NCBI GenBank assembly: GCA_964057225.1
Contig: OZ059895.1
Coordinates: 20,212,001-20,276,000, forward strand
DNA from: Auanema rhodensis
Taxonomy: Eukaryota > Animalia > Nematoda
Reading direction: 5' to 3'
Length of the DNA stretch: 64,000 nt
Shown here: piece after piece, positions 13,001 through 26,789 of the stretch
How positions within the stretch are numbered: the first letter of the stretch is position 1
Layout: each line of letters begins with the position of its first letter
Notes under the pieces: generated by a model
The model's input: the letters and a program-made list of their open reading frames with translations, nothing else
Databases searched by the model: none
What the model was told of the DNA's origin: nothing
Made by a program: the position numbers and the translations under genes

Positions 13001-16000
13001 AATGCACCGAGATATCAACTGATATATGTTCACACTTATATCCTCGATTTTCACCCTGAAGAAATTATTTTTTCGTTGAATAACATTGTCCATCGTCTTT
13101 GCCTTGAAAAAAGGAATCTAAAAACATCTACTTCTTGCTAAATTATTTTGAAATTTTTCGAAAAAATTTTTGTCAAAATGTTTTTGGAAGCAATGTTGAG
13201 TGTACATGGAAACTCAACATACACTAATGCATCATTTTTCAAACGATCATAACTAATTTTTGTATTGAGCGTTTCTCAATGTAGTATAGTGCATTCGATG
13301 CGGATTTTTAAGCTGCGTCGATCTGTGTTATCAGATTTGCGCTAGCTTAAAAATGCACCGAGATATCAACTGATATATGTTCACACTTATATCCTCGATT
13401 TTCACCCTGAAGAAATTATTTTTTCGTTGAATAACATTGTCCATCGTGTTTGCCTTGAAAAAAGGAATCTAAAAACATCTACTTCTTGCTAAATTATTTT
13501 GAAATTTTTCGAAAAAATTTTTGTCAAAATGTTTTTGGAAGCAATGTTGAGTGTACATGGAAACTCAACATACACTAATGCATCATTTTTCAAACGATCA
13601 TAACTAATTTTTGTATTGAGCGTTTCTCAATGTAGTATAGTGCATTCGATGCGGATTTTTAAGCTGCGTCGATCTGTGTTATCAGATTTGCGCTAGCTTA
13701 AAAATGCACCGAGATATCAACTGATATATGTTCACACTTATATCCTCGATTTTCACCCTGAAGAAATTATTTTTTCGTTGAATAACATTGTCCATCGTCT
13801 TTGCCTTGAAAAAAGGAAACTAAAAACATCTACTTCTTGCTAAATTATTTTGAAATTTTTCGAAAAAATTTTTGTCAAAATGTTTTTGGAAGCAATGTTG
13901 AGTGTACATGGAAACTCAACATACACTAATGCATCATTTTTCAAACGATCATAACTAATTTTTGTATTGAGCGTTTCTCAATGTAGTATAGTGCATTCGA
14001 TGCGGATTTTTAAGCTGCGTCGATCTGTGTTATCAGATTTGCGCTAGCTTAAAAATGCACCGAGATATCAACTGATATATGTTCACACTTATATCCTCGA
14101 TTTTCACCCTGAAGAAATTATTTTTTCGTTGAATAACATTGTCCATCGTCTTTGCCTTGAAAAAAGGAATCTAAAAACATCTACTTCTTGCTAAATTATT
14201 TTGAAATTTTTCGAAAAAATTTTTGTCAAAATGTTTTTGGAAGCAATGTTGAGTGTACATGGAAACTCAACATACACTAATGCATCATTTTTCAAACGAT
14301 CATAACTAATTTTTGTATTGAGCGTTTTTCAATGTAGTATAGTGCATTCGATGCGGATTTTTAAGCTGCGTCGATCTGTGTTATCAGATTTGCGCTAGCT
14401 TAAAATAGCACCGAGATATCAACTGATATATGTTCACACTTATATCCTCGATTTTCACCCTGAAGAAATTATTTTTTCGTTGAATAACATTGTCCATCGT
14501 CTTTGCCTTGAAAAAAGGAATCTAAAAACATCTACTTCTTGCTAAATTATTTTGAAATTTTTCGAAAAAATTTTTGTCAAAATGTTTTTGGAAGCAATGT
14601 TGAGTGTACATGGAAACTCAACATACACTAATGCATCATTTTTCAAACGATCATAACTAATTTTTGTATTGAGCGTTTCTCAATGTAGTATAGTGCATTC
14701 GATGCGGATTTTTAAGCTGCGTCGATCTGTGTTATCAGATTTGCGCTAGCTTAAAAATGCACCGAGATATCAACTGATATATGTTCACACTTATATCCTC
14801 GATTTTCACCCTGAAGAAATTATTTTTTCGTTGAATAACATTGTCCATCGTCTTTGCCTTGAAAAAAGGAATCTAAAAACATCTACTTCTTGCTAAATTA
14901 TTTTGAAATTTTTCGAAAAAATTTTTGTCAAAATGTTTTTGGAAGCAATGTTGAGTGTACATGGAAACTCAACATACACTAATGCATCATTTTTCAAACG
15001 ATCATAACTAATTTTTGTATTGAGCGTTTCTCAATGTAGTATAGTGCATTCGATGCGGATTTTTAAGCTGCGTCGATCTGTGTTATCAGATTTGCGCTAG
15101 CTTAAAAATGCACCGAGATATCAACTGATATATGTTCACACTTATATCCTCGATTTTCACCCTGAAGAAATTATTTTTTCGTTGAATAACATTGTCCATC
15201 GTCTTTGCCTTGAAAAAAGGAATCTAAAAACATCTACTTCTTGCTAAATTATTTTGAAATTTTTCGAAAAAATTTTTGTCAAAATGTTTTTGGAAGCAAT
15301 GTTGAGTGTACATGGAAACTCAACATACACTAATGCATCATTTTTCAAACGATCATAACTAATTTTTGTATTGAGCGTTTCTCAATGTAGTATAGTGCAT
15401 TCGATGCGGATTTTTAAGCTGCGTCGATCTGTGTTATCAGATTTGCGCTAGCTTAAAAATGCACCGAGATATCAACTGATATATGTTCACACTTATATCC
15501 TCGATTTTCACCCTGAAGAAATTATTTTTTCGTTGAATAACATTGTCCATCGTCTTTGCCTTGAAAAAAGGAATCTAAAAACATCTACTTCTTGCTAAAT
15601 TATTTTGAAATTTTTCGAAAAAATTTTTGTCAAAATGTTTTTGGAAGCAATGTTGAGTGTACATGGAAACTCAACATACACTAATGCATCATTTTTCAAA
15701 CGATCATAACTAATTTTTGTATTGAGCGTTTCTCAATGTAGTATAGTGCATTCGATGCGGATTTTTAAGCTGCGTCGATCTGTGTTATCAGATTTGCGCT
15801 AGCTTAAAAATGCACCGAGATATCAACTGATATATGTTCACACTTATATCCTCGATTTTCACCCTGAAGAAATTATTTTTTCGTTGAATAACATTGTCCA
15901 TCGTCTTTGCCTTGAAAAAAGGAATCTAAAAACATCTACTTCTTGCTAAATTATTTTGAAATTTTTCGAAAAAATTTTTGTCAAAATGTTTTTGGAAGCA

Positions 16001-17216
16001 ATGTTGAGTGTACATGGAAACTCAACATACACTAATGCATCATTTTTCAAACGATCATAACTAATTTTTGTATTGAGCGTTTCTCAATGTAGTATAGTGC
16101 ATTCGATGCGGATTTTTAAGCTGCGTCGATCTGTGTTATCAGATTTGCGCTAGCTTAAAAATGCACCGAGATATCAACTGATATATGTTCACACTTATAT
16201 CCTCGATTTTCACCCTGAAGAAATTATTTTTTCGTTGAATAACATTGTCCATCGTCTTTGCCTTGAAAAAAGGAATCTAAAAACATCTACTTCTTGCTAA
16301 ATTATTTTGAAATTTTTCGAAAAAATTTTTGTCAAAATGTTTTTGGAAGCAATGTTGAGTGTACATGGAAACAGATTTGCGCTAGCTTAAAAATGCACCG
16401 AGATATCAACTGATATATGTTCACACTTATATCCTCGATTTTCACCCTGAAGAAATTATTTTTTCGTTGAATAACATTGTCCATCGTCTTTGCCTTGAAA
16501 AAAGGAATCTAAAAACATCTACTTCTTGCTAAATTATTTTGAAATTTTTCGAAAAAATTTTTGTCAAAATGTTTTTGGAAGCAATGTTGAGTGTACATGG
16601 AAACTCAACATACACTAATGCATCATTTTTCAAACGATCATAACTAATTTTTGTATTGAGCGTTTCTCAATGTAGTATAGTGCATTCGATGCGGATTTTT
16701 AAGCTGCGTCGATCTGTGTTATCAGATTTGCGCTAGCTTAAAAATGCACCGAGATATCAACTGATATATGTTCACACTTATATCCTCGATTTTCACCCTG
16801 AAGAAATTATTTTTTCGTTGAATAACATTGTCCATCGTCTTTGCCTTGAAAAAAGGAATCTAAAAACATCTACTTCTTGCTAAATTATTTTGAAATTTTT
16901 CGAAAAAATTTTTGTCAAAATGTTTTTGGAAGCAATGTTGAGTGTACATGGAAACTCAACATACACTAATGCATCATTTTTCAAACGATCATAACTAATT
17001 TTTGTATTGAGCGTTTCTCAATGTAGTATAGTGCATTCGATGCGGATTTTTAAGCTGCGTCGATCTGTGTTATCAGATTTGCGCTAGCTTAAAAATGCAC
17101 CGAGATATCAACTGATATATGTTCACACTTATATCCTCGATTTTCACCCTGAAGAAATTATTTTTTCGTTGAATAACATTGTCCATCGTCTTTGCCTTGA
17201 AAAAAGGAATCTAAAT
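7017..17216. repeat. Block duplication with 6431-bp offset (17x351 + 2x232)
   Basis: Marker pairs 7017/13448, 7388/13819, 7897/14328, 7975/14406, junctions 9941/16372 and 10785/17216 all differ by 6431. Confidence 0.92.
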
Positions 17217-18359
17217 ACATCTACTTCTTGCTAAATTATTTTGAAATTTTTCGAAAAAATTTTTGTCAAAATGTTTTTGGAAGCAATGTTGAGTGTACAT
17301 GGAAACTCAACATACACTAATGCATCATTTTTCAAACGATCATAACTAATTTTTGTATTGAGCGTTTCTCAATGTAGTATAGTGCATTCGATGCGGATTT
17401 TTAAGCTGCGTCGATCTGTGTTATCAGATTTGCGCTAGCTTAAAAATGCACCGAGATATCAACTGATATATGTTCACACTTATATCCTCGATTTTCACCC
17501 TGAAGAAATTATTTTTTCGTTGAATAACATTGTCCATCGTCTTTGCCTTGAAAAAAGGAATCTAAAAACATCTACTTCTTGCTAAATTATTTTGAAATTT
17601 TTCGAAAAAATTTTTGTCAAAATGTTTTTGGAAGCAATGTTGAGTGTACATGGAAACTCAACATACACTAATGCATCATTTTTCAAACGATCATAACTAA
17701 TTTTTGTATTGAGCGTTTCTCAATGTAGTATAGTGCATTCGATGCGGATTTTTAAGCTGCGTCGATCTGTGTTATCAGATTTGCGCTAGCTTAAAAATGC
17801 ACCGAGATATCAACTGATATATGTTCACACTTATATCCTCGATTTTCACCCTGAAGAAATTATTTTTTCGTTGAATAACATTGTCCATCGTCTTTGCCTT
17901 GAAAAAAGGAATCTAAAAACATCTACTTCTTGCTAAATTATTTTGAAATTTTTCGAAAAAATTTTTGTCAAAATGTTTTTGGAAGCAATGTTGAGTGTAC
18001 ATGGAAACAGATTTGCGCTAGCTTAAAAATGCACCGAGATATCAACTGATATATGTTCACACTTATATCCTCGATTTTCACCCTGAAGAAATTATTTTTT
18101 CGTTGAATAACATTGTCCATCGTCTTTGCCTTGAAAAAAGGAATCTAAAAACATCTACTTCTTGCTAAATTATTTTGAAATTTTTCGAAAAAATTTTTGT
18201 CAAAATGTTTTTGGAAGCAATGTTGAGTGTACATGGAAACTCAACATACACTAATGCATCATTTTTCAAACGATCATAACTAATTTTTGTATTGAGCGTT
18301 TCTCAATGTAGTATAGTGCATTCGATGCGGATTTTTAAGCTGCGTCGATCTGTGTTATC

Positions 18360-20929
18360 AGATTTGCGCTAGCTTAAAAATGCACCGAGATATCAACTGA
18401 TATATGTTCACACTTATATCCTCGATTTTCACCCTGAAGAAATTATTTTTTCGTTGAATAACATTGTCCATCGTCTTTGCCTTGAAAAAAGGAATCTAAA
18501 AACATCTACTTCTTGCTAAATTATTTTGAAATTTTTCGAAAAAATTTTTGTCAAAATGTTTTTGGAAGCAATGTTGAGTGTACATGGAAACTCAACATAC
18601 ACTAATGCATCATTTTTCAAACGATCATAACTAATTTTTGTATTGAGCGTTTCTCAATGTAGTATAGTGCATTCGATGCGGATTTTTAAGCTGCGTCGAT
18701 CTGTGTTATCAGATTTGCGCTAGCTTAAAAATGCACCGAGATATCAACTGATATATGTTCACACTTATATCCTCGATTTTCACCCTGAAGAAATTATTTT
18801 TTCGTTGAATAACATTGTCCATCGTCTTTGCCTTGAAAAAAGGAATCTAAAAACATCTACTTCTTGCTAAATTATTTTGAAATTTTTCGAAAAAATTTTT
18901 GTCAAAATGTTTTTGGAAGCAATGTTGAGTGTACATGGAAACTCAACATACACTAATGCATCATTTTTCAAACGATCATAACTAATTTTTGTATTAAGCG
19001 TTTCTCAATGTAGTATAGTGCATTCGATGCGGATTTTTAAGCTGCGTCGATCTGTGTTATCAGATTTGCTCTAGCTTAAAAATGCACCGAGATATCAACT
19101 GATATATGTTCACACTTATATCCTCGATTTTCACCCTGAAGAAATTATTTTTTCGTTGAATAACATTGTCCATCGTCTTTGCCTTGAAAAAAGGAATCTA
19201 AAAACATCTACTTCTTGCTAAATTATTTTGAAATTTTTCGAAAAAATTTTTGTCAAAATGTTTTTGGAAGCAATGTTGAGTGTACATGAAAACTCAACAT
19301 ACACTAATGCATCATTTTTCAAACGATCATAACTAATTTTTGTATTGAGCGTTTCTCAATGTAGTATAGTGCATTCGATGCGGATTTTTAAGCTGCGTCG
19401 ATCTGTGTTATCAGATTTGCGCTAGCTTAAAAATGCACCGAGATATCAACTGATATATGTTCACACTTATATCCTCGATTTTCACCCTGAAGAAATTATT
19501 TTTTCGTTGAATAACATTGTCCATCGTCTTTGCCTTGAAAAAAGAAATCTAAAAACATCTACTTCTTGCTAAATTATTTTGAAATTTTTCGAAAAAATTT
19601 TTGTCAAAATGTTTTTGGAAGCAATGTTGAGTGTACATGGAAACAGATTTGCGCTAGCTTAAAAATGCACCGAGATATCAACTGATATATGTTCACACTT
19701 ATATCCTCGATTTTCACCCTGAAGAAATTATTTTTTCGTTGAATAACATTGTCCATCGTCTTTGCCTTGAAAAAAGGAATCTAAAAACATCTACTTCTTG
19801 CTAAATTATTTTGAAATTTTTCGAAAAAATTTTTGTCAAAATGTTTTTGGAAGCAATGTTGAGTGTACATGGAAACTCAACATACACTAATGCATCATTT
19901 TTCAAACGATCATAACTAATTTTTGTATTGAGCGTTTCTCAATGTAGTATAGTGCATTCGATGCGGATTTTTAAGCTGCGTCGATCTGTGTTATCAGATT
20001 TGCGCTAGCTTAAAAATGCACCGAGATATCAACTGATATATGTTCACACTTATATCCTCGATTTTCACCCTGAAGAAATTATTTTTTCGTTGAATAACAT
20101 TGTCCATCGTCTTTGCCTTGAAAAAAGGAATCTAAAAACATCTACTTCTTGCTAAATTATTTTGAAATTTTTCGAAAAAATTTTTGTCAAAATGTTTTTG
20201 GAAGCAATGTTGAGTGTACATGGAAACTCAACATACACTAATGCATCATTTTTCAAACGATCATAACTAATTTTTGTATTAAGCGTTTCTCAATGTAGTA
20301 TAGTGCATTCGATGCGGATTTTTAAGCTGCGTCGATCTGTGTTATCAGATTTGCTCTAGCTTAAAAATGCACCGAGATATCAACTGATATATGTTCACAC
20401 TTATATCCTCGATTTTCACCCTGAAGAAATTATTTTTTCGTTGAATAACATTGTCCATCGTCTTTGCCTTGAAAAAAGGAATCTAAAAACATCTACTTCT
20501 TGCTAAATTATTTTGAAATTTTTCGAAAAAATTTTTGTCAAAATGTTTTTGGAAGCAATGTTGAGTGTACATGAAAACTCAACATACACTAATGCATCAT
20601 TTTTCAAACGATCATAACTAATTTTTGTATTGAGCGTTTCTCAATGTAGTATAGTGCATTCGATGCGGATTTTTAAGCTGCGTCGATCTGTGTTATCAGA
20701 TTTGCGCTAGCTTAAAAATGCACCGAGATATCAACTGATATATGTTCACACTTATATCCTCGATTTTCACCCTGAAGAAATTATTTTTTCGTTGAATAAC
20801 ATTGTCCATCGTCTTTGCCTTGAAAAAAGAAATCTAAAAACATCTACTTCTTGCTAAATTATTTTGAAATTTTTCGAAAAAATTTTTGTCAAAATGTTTT
20901 TGGAAGCAATGTTGAGTGTACATGGAAAC
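18360..20929. repeat. Tandem duplication of a 1285-bp block (3 full units + 1 short unit); left edge approximate
   Basis: Marker pairs 18996/20281, 19070/20355, 19289/20574, 19545/20830 and junctions 19644/20929. Confidence 0.92.
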
Positions 20930-23900
20930 AGATTTGCGCTAGCTTAAAAATGCACCGAGATATCAACTGATATATGTTCACACTTATATCCTCGATTTTC
21001 ACCCTGAAGAAATTATTTTTTCGTTGAATAACATTGTCCATCGTCTTTGCCTTGAAAAAAGGAATCTAAAAACATCTACTTCTTGCTAAATTATTTTGAA
21101 ATTTTTCGAAAAAATTTTTGTCAAAATGTTTTTGGAAGCAATGTTGAGTGTACATGGAAACTCAACATACACTAATGCATCATTTTTCAAACGATCATAA
21201 CTAATTTTTGTATTAAGCGTTTCTCAATGTAGTATAGTGCATTCGATGCGGATTTTTAAGCTGCGTCGATCTGTGTTATCAGATTTGCTCTAGCTTAAAA
21301 ATGCACCGAGATATCAACTGATATATGTTCACACTTATATCCTCGATTTTCACCCTGAAGAAATTATTTTTTCGTTGAATAACATTGTCCATCGTCTTTG
21401 CCTTGAAAAAAGGAATCTAAAAACATCTACTTCTTGCTAAATTATTTTGAAATTTTTCGAAAAAATTTTTGTCAAAATGTTTTTGGAAGCAATGTTGAGT
21501 GTACATGGAAACTCAACATACACTAATGCATCATTTTTCAAACGATCATAACTAATTTTTGTATTGAGCGTTTCTCAATGTAGTATAGTGCATTCGATGC
21601 GGATTTTTAAGCTGCGTCGATCTGTGTTATCAGATTTGCGCTAGCTTAAAAATGCACCGAGATATCAACTGATATATGTTCACACTTATATCCTCGATTT
21701 TCACCCTGAAGAAATTATTTTTTCGTTGAATAACATTGTCCATCGTCTTTGCCTTGAAAAAAGGAATCTAAAAACATCTACTTCTTGCTAAATTATTTTG
21801 AAATTTTTCGAAAAAATTTTTGTCAAAATGTTTTTGGAAGCAATGTTGAGTGTACATGGAAACTCAACATACACTAATGCATCATTTTTCAAACGATCAT
21901 AACTAATTTTTGTATTGAGCGTTTCTCAATGTAGTATAGTGCATTCGATGCGGATTTTTAAGCTGCGTCGATCTGTGTTATCAGATTTGCGCTAGCTTAA
22001 AATGCACCGAGATATCAACTGATATATGTTCACACTTATATCCTCGATTTTCACCCTGAAGAAATTATTTTTTCGTTGAATAACATTGTCCATCGTCTTT
22101 GCCTTGAAAAAAGGAATCTAAAAACATCTACTTCTTGCTAAATTATTTTGAAATTTTTCGAAAAAATTTTTGTCAAAATGTTTTTGGAAGCAATGTTGAG
22201 TGTACATGGAAACAGATTTGCGCTAGCTTAAAAATGCACCGAGATATCAACTGATATATGTTCACACTTATATCCTCGATTTTCACCCTGAAGAAATTAT
22301 TTTTTCGTTGAATAACATTGTCCATCGTCTTTGCCTTGAAAAAAGGAATCTAAAAACATCTACTTCTTGCTAAATTATTTTGAAATTTTTCGAAAAAATT
22401 TTTGTCAAAATGTTTTTGGAAGCAATGTTGAGTGTACATGGAAACTCAACATACACTAATGCATCATTTTTCAAACGATCATAACTAATTTTTGTATTGA
22501 GCGTTTCTCAATGTAGTATAGTGCATTCGATGCGGATTTTTAAGCTGCGTCGATCTGTGTTATCAGATTTGCGCTAGCTTAAAAATGCACCGAGATATCA
22601 ACTGATATATGTTCACACTTATATCCTCGATTTTCACCTTGAAGAAATTATTTTTTCGTTGAATAACATTGTCCATCGTCTTTGCCTTGAAAAAAGGAAT
22701 CTAAAAACATCTACTTCTTGCTAAATTATTTTGAAATTTTTCGAAAAAATTTTTGTCAAAATGTTTTTGGAAGCAATGTTGAGTGTACATGGAAACTCAA
22801 CATACACTAATGCATCATTTTTCAAACGATCATAACTAATTTTTGTATTAAGCGTTTCTCAATGTAGTATAGTGCATTCGATGCGGATTTTTAAGCTGCG
22901 TCGATCTGTGTTATCAGATTTGCTCTAGCTTAAAAATGCACCGAGATATCAACTGATATATGTTCACACTTATATCCTCGATTTTCACCCTGAAGAAATT
23001 ATTTTTTCGTTGAATAACATTGTCCATCGTGTTTGCCTTGAAAAAAGGAATCTAAAAACATCTACTTCTTGCTAAATTATTTTGAAATTTTTCGAAAAAA
23101 TTTTTGTCAAAATGTTTTTGGAAGCAATGTTGAGTGTACATGGAAACTCAACATACACTAATGCATCATTTTTCAAACGATCATAACTAATTTTTGTATT
23201 GAGCGTTTCTCAATGTAGTATAGTGCATTCGATGCGGATTTTTAAGCTGCGTCGATCTGTGTTATCAGATTTGCGCTAGCTTAAAAATGCACCGAGATAT
23301 CAACTGATATATGTTCACACTTATATCCTCGATTTTCACCCTGAAGAAATTATTTTTTCGTTGAATAACATTGTCCATCGTCTTTGCCTTGAAAAAAGGA
23401 ATCTAAAAACATCTACTTCTTGCTAAATTATTTTGAAATTTTTCGAAAAAATTTTTGTCAAAATGTTTTTGGAAGCAATGTTGAGTGTACATGGAAACTC
23501 AACATACACTAATGCATCATTTTTCAAACGATCATAACTAATTTTTGTATTGAGCGTTTCTCAATGTAGTATAGTGCATTCGATGCGGATTTTTAAGCTG
23601 CGTCGATCTGTGTTATCAGATTTGCGCTAGCTTAAAAATGCACCGAGATATCAACTGATATATGTTCACACTTATATCCTCGATTTTCACCCTGAAGAAA
23701 TTATTTTTTCGTTGAATAACATTGTCCATCGTCTTTGCCTTGAAAAAAGGAATCTAAAAACATCTACTTCTTGCTAAATTATTTTGAAATTTTTCGAAAA
23801 AATTTTTGTCAAAATGTTTTTGGAAGCAATGTTGAGTGTACATGGAAACTCAACATACACTAATGCATCATTTTTCAAACGATCATAACTAATTTTTGTA

Positions 23901-26789
23901 TTGAGCGTTTCTCAATGTAGTATAGTGCATTCGATGCGGATTTTTAAGCTGCGTCGATCTGTGTTATCAGATTTGCGCTAGCTTAAAAATGCACCGAGAT
24001 ATCAACTGATATATGTTCACACTTATATCCTCGATTTTCACCCTGAAGAAATTATTTTTTCGTTGAATAACATTGTCCATCGTCTTTGCCTTGAAAAAAG
24101 GAATCTAAAAACATCTACTTCTTGCTAAATTATTTTGAAATTTTTCGAAAAAATTTTTGTCAAAATGTTTTTGGAAGCAATGTTGAGTGTACATGGAAAC
24201 TCAACATACACTAATGCATCATTTTTCAAACGATCATAACTAATTTTTGTATTGAGCGTTTCTCAATGTAGTATAGTGCATTCGATGCGGATTTTTAAGC
24301 TGCGTCGATCTGTGTTATCAGATTTGCGCTAGCTTAAAAATGCACCGAGATATCAACTGATATATGTTCACACTTATATCCTCGATTTTCACCCTGAAGA
24401 AATTATTTTTTCGTTGAATAACATTGTCCATCGTCTTTGCCTTGAAAAAAGGAATCTAAAAACATCTACTTCTTGCTAAATTATTTTGAAATTTTTCGAA
24501 AAAATTTTTGTCAAAATGTTTTTGGAAGCAATGTTGAGTGTACATGGAAACTCAACATACACTAATGCATCATTTTTCAAACGATCATAACTAATTTTTG
24601 TATTGAGCGTTTCTCAATGTAGTATAGTGCATTCGATGCGGATTTTTAAGCTGCGTCGATCTGTGTTATCAGATTTGCGCTAGCTTAAAAATGCACCGAG
24701 ATATCAACTGATATATGTTCACACTTATATCCTCGATTTTCACCCTGAAGAAATTATTTTTTCGTTGAATAACATTGTCCATCGTCTTTGCCTTGAAAAA
24801 AGGAATCTAAAAACATCTACTTCTTGCTAAATTATTTTGAAATTTTTCGAAAAAATTTTTGTCAAAATGTTTTTGGAAGCAATGTTGAGTGTACATGGAA
24901 ACTCAACATACACTAATGCATCATTTTTCAAACGATCATAACTAATTTTTGTATTGAGCGTTTCTCAATGTAGTATAGTGCATTCGATGCGGATTTTTAA
25001 GCTGCGTCGATCTGTGTTATCAGATTTGCGCTAGCTTAAAAATGCACCGAGATATCAACTGATATATGTTCACACTTATATCCTCGATTTTCACCCTGAA
25101 GAAATTATTTTTTCGTTGAATAACATTGTCCATCGTCTTTGCCTTGAAAAAAGGAATCTAAAAACATCTACTTCTTGCTAAATTATTTTGAAATTTTTCG
25201 AAAAAATTTTTGTCAAAATGTTTTTGGAAGCAATGTTGAGTGTACATGGAAACTCAACATACACTAATGCATCATTTTTCAAACGATCATAACTAATTTT
25301 TGTATTGAGCGTTTCTCAATGTAGTATAGTGCATTCGATGCGGATTTTTAAGCTGCGTCGATCTGTGTTATCAGATTTGCGCTAGCTTAAAAATGCACCG
25401 AGATATCAACTGATATATGTTCACACTTATATCCTCGATTTTCACCCTGAAGAAATTATTTTTTCGTTGAATAACATTGTCCATCGTCTTTGCCTTGAAA
25501 AAAGGAATCTAAAAACATCTACTTCTTGCTAAATTATTTTGAAATTTTTCGAAAAAATTTTTGTCAAAATGTTTTTGGAAGCAATGTTGAGTGTACATGG
25601 AAACAGATTTGCGCTAGCTTAAAAATGCACCGAGATATCAACTGATATATGTTCACACTTATATCCTCGATTTTCACCCTGAAGAAATTATTTTTTCGTT
25701 GAATAACATTGTCCATCGTCTTTGCCTTGAAAAAAGGAATCTAAAAACATCTACTTCTTGCTAAATTATTTTGAAATTTTTCGAAAAAATTTTTGTCAAA
25801 ATGTTTTTGGAAGCAATGTTGAGTGTACATGGAAACTCAACATACACTAATGCATCATTTTTCAAACGATCATAACTAATTTTTGTATTGAGCGTTTCTC
25901 AATGTAGTATAGTGCATTCGATGCGGATTTTTAAGCTGCGTCGATCTGTGTTATCAGATTTGCGCTAGCTTAAAAATGCACCGAGATATCAACTGATATA
26001 TGTTCACACTTATATCCTCGATTTTCACCCTGAAGAAATTATTTTTTCGTTGAATAACATTGTCCATCGTCTTTGCCTTGAAAAAAGGAATCTAAAAACA
26101 TCTACTTCTTGCTAAATTATTTTGAAATTTTTCGAAAAAATTTTTGTCAAAATGTTTTTGGAAGCAATGTTGAGTGTACATGGAAACTCAACATACACTA
26201 ATGCATCATTTTTCAAACGATCATAACTAATTTTTGTATTGAGCGTTTCTCAATGTAGTATAGTGCATTCGATGCGGATTTTTAAGCTGCGTCGATCTGT
26301 GTTATCAGATTTGCGCTAGCTTAAAAATGCACCGAGATATCAACTGATATATGTTCACACTTATATCCTCGATTTTCACCCTGAAGAAATTATTTTTTCG
26401 TTGAATAACATTGTCCATCGTCTTTGCCTTGAAAAAAGGAATCTAAAAACATCTACTTCTTGCTAAATTATTTTGAAATTTTTCGAAAAAATTTTTGTCA
26501 AAATGTTTTTGGAAGCAATGTTGAGTGTACATGGAAACTCAACATACACTAATGCATCATTTTTCAAACGATCATAACTAATTTTTGTATTAAGCGTTTC
26601 TCAATGTAGTATAGTGCATTCGATGCGGATTTTTAAGCTGCGTCGATCTGTGTTATCAGATTTGCTCTAGCTTAAAAATGCACCGAGATATCAACTGATA
26701 TATGTTCACACTTATATCCTCGATTTTCACCCTGAAGAAATTATTTTTTCGTTGAATAACATTGTCCATCGTGTTTGCCTTGAGAAAAG

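Noticed and set aside
21995-22005. Singleton 1-bp deletion in CTTAAAAATG and other singleton SNPs (110, 4269, 22639, 35490)
   Set aside because: Unreplicated, so indistinguishable from sequencing or consensus error.
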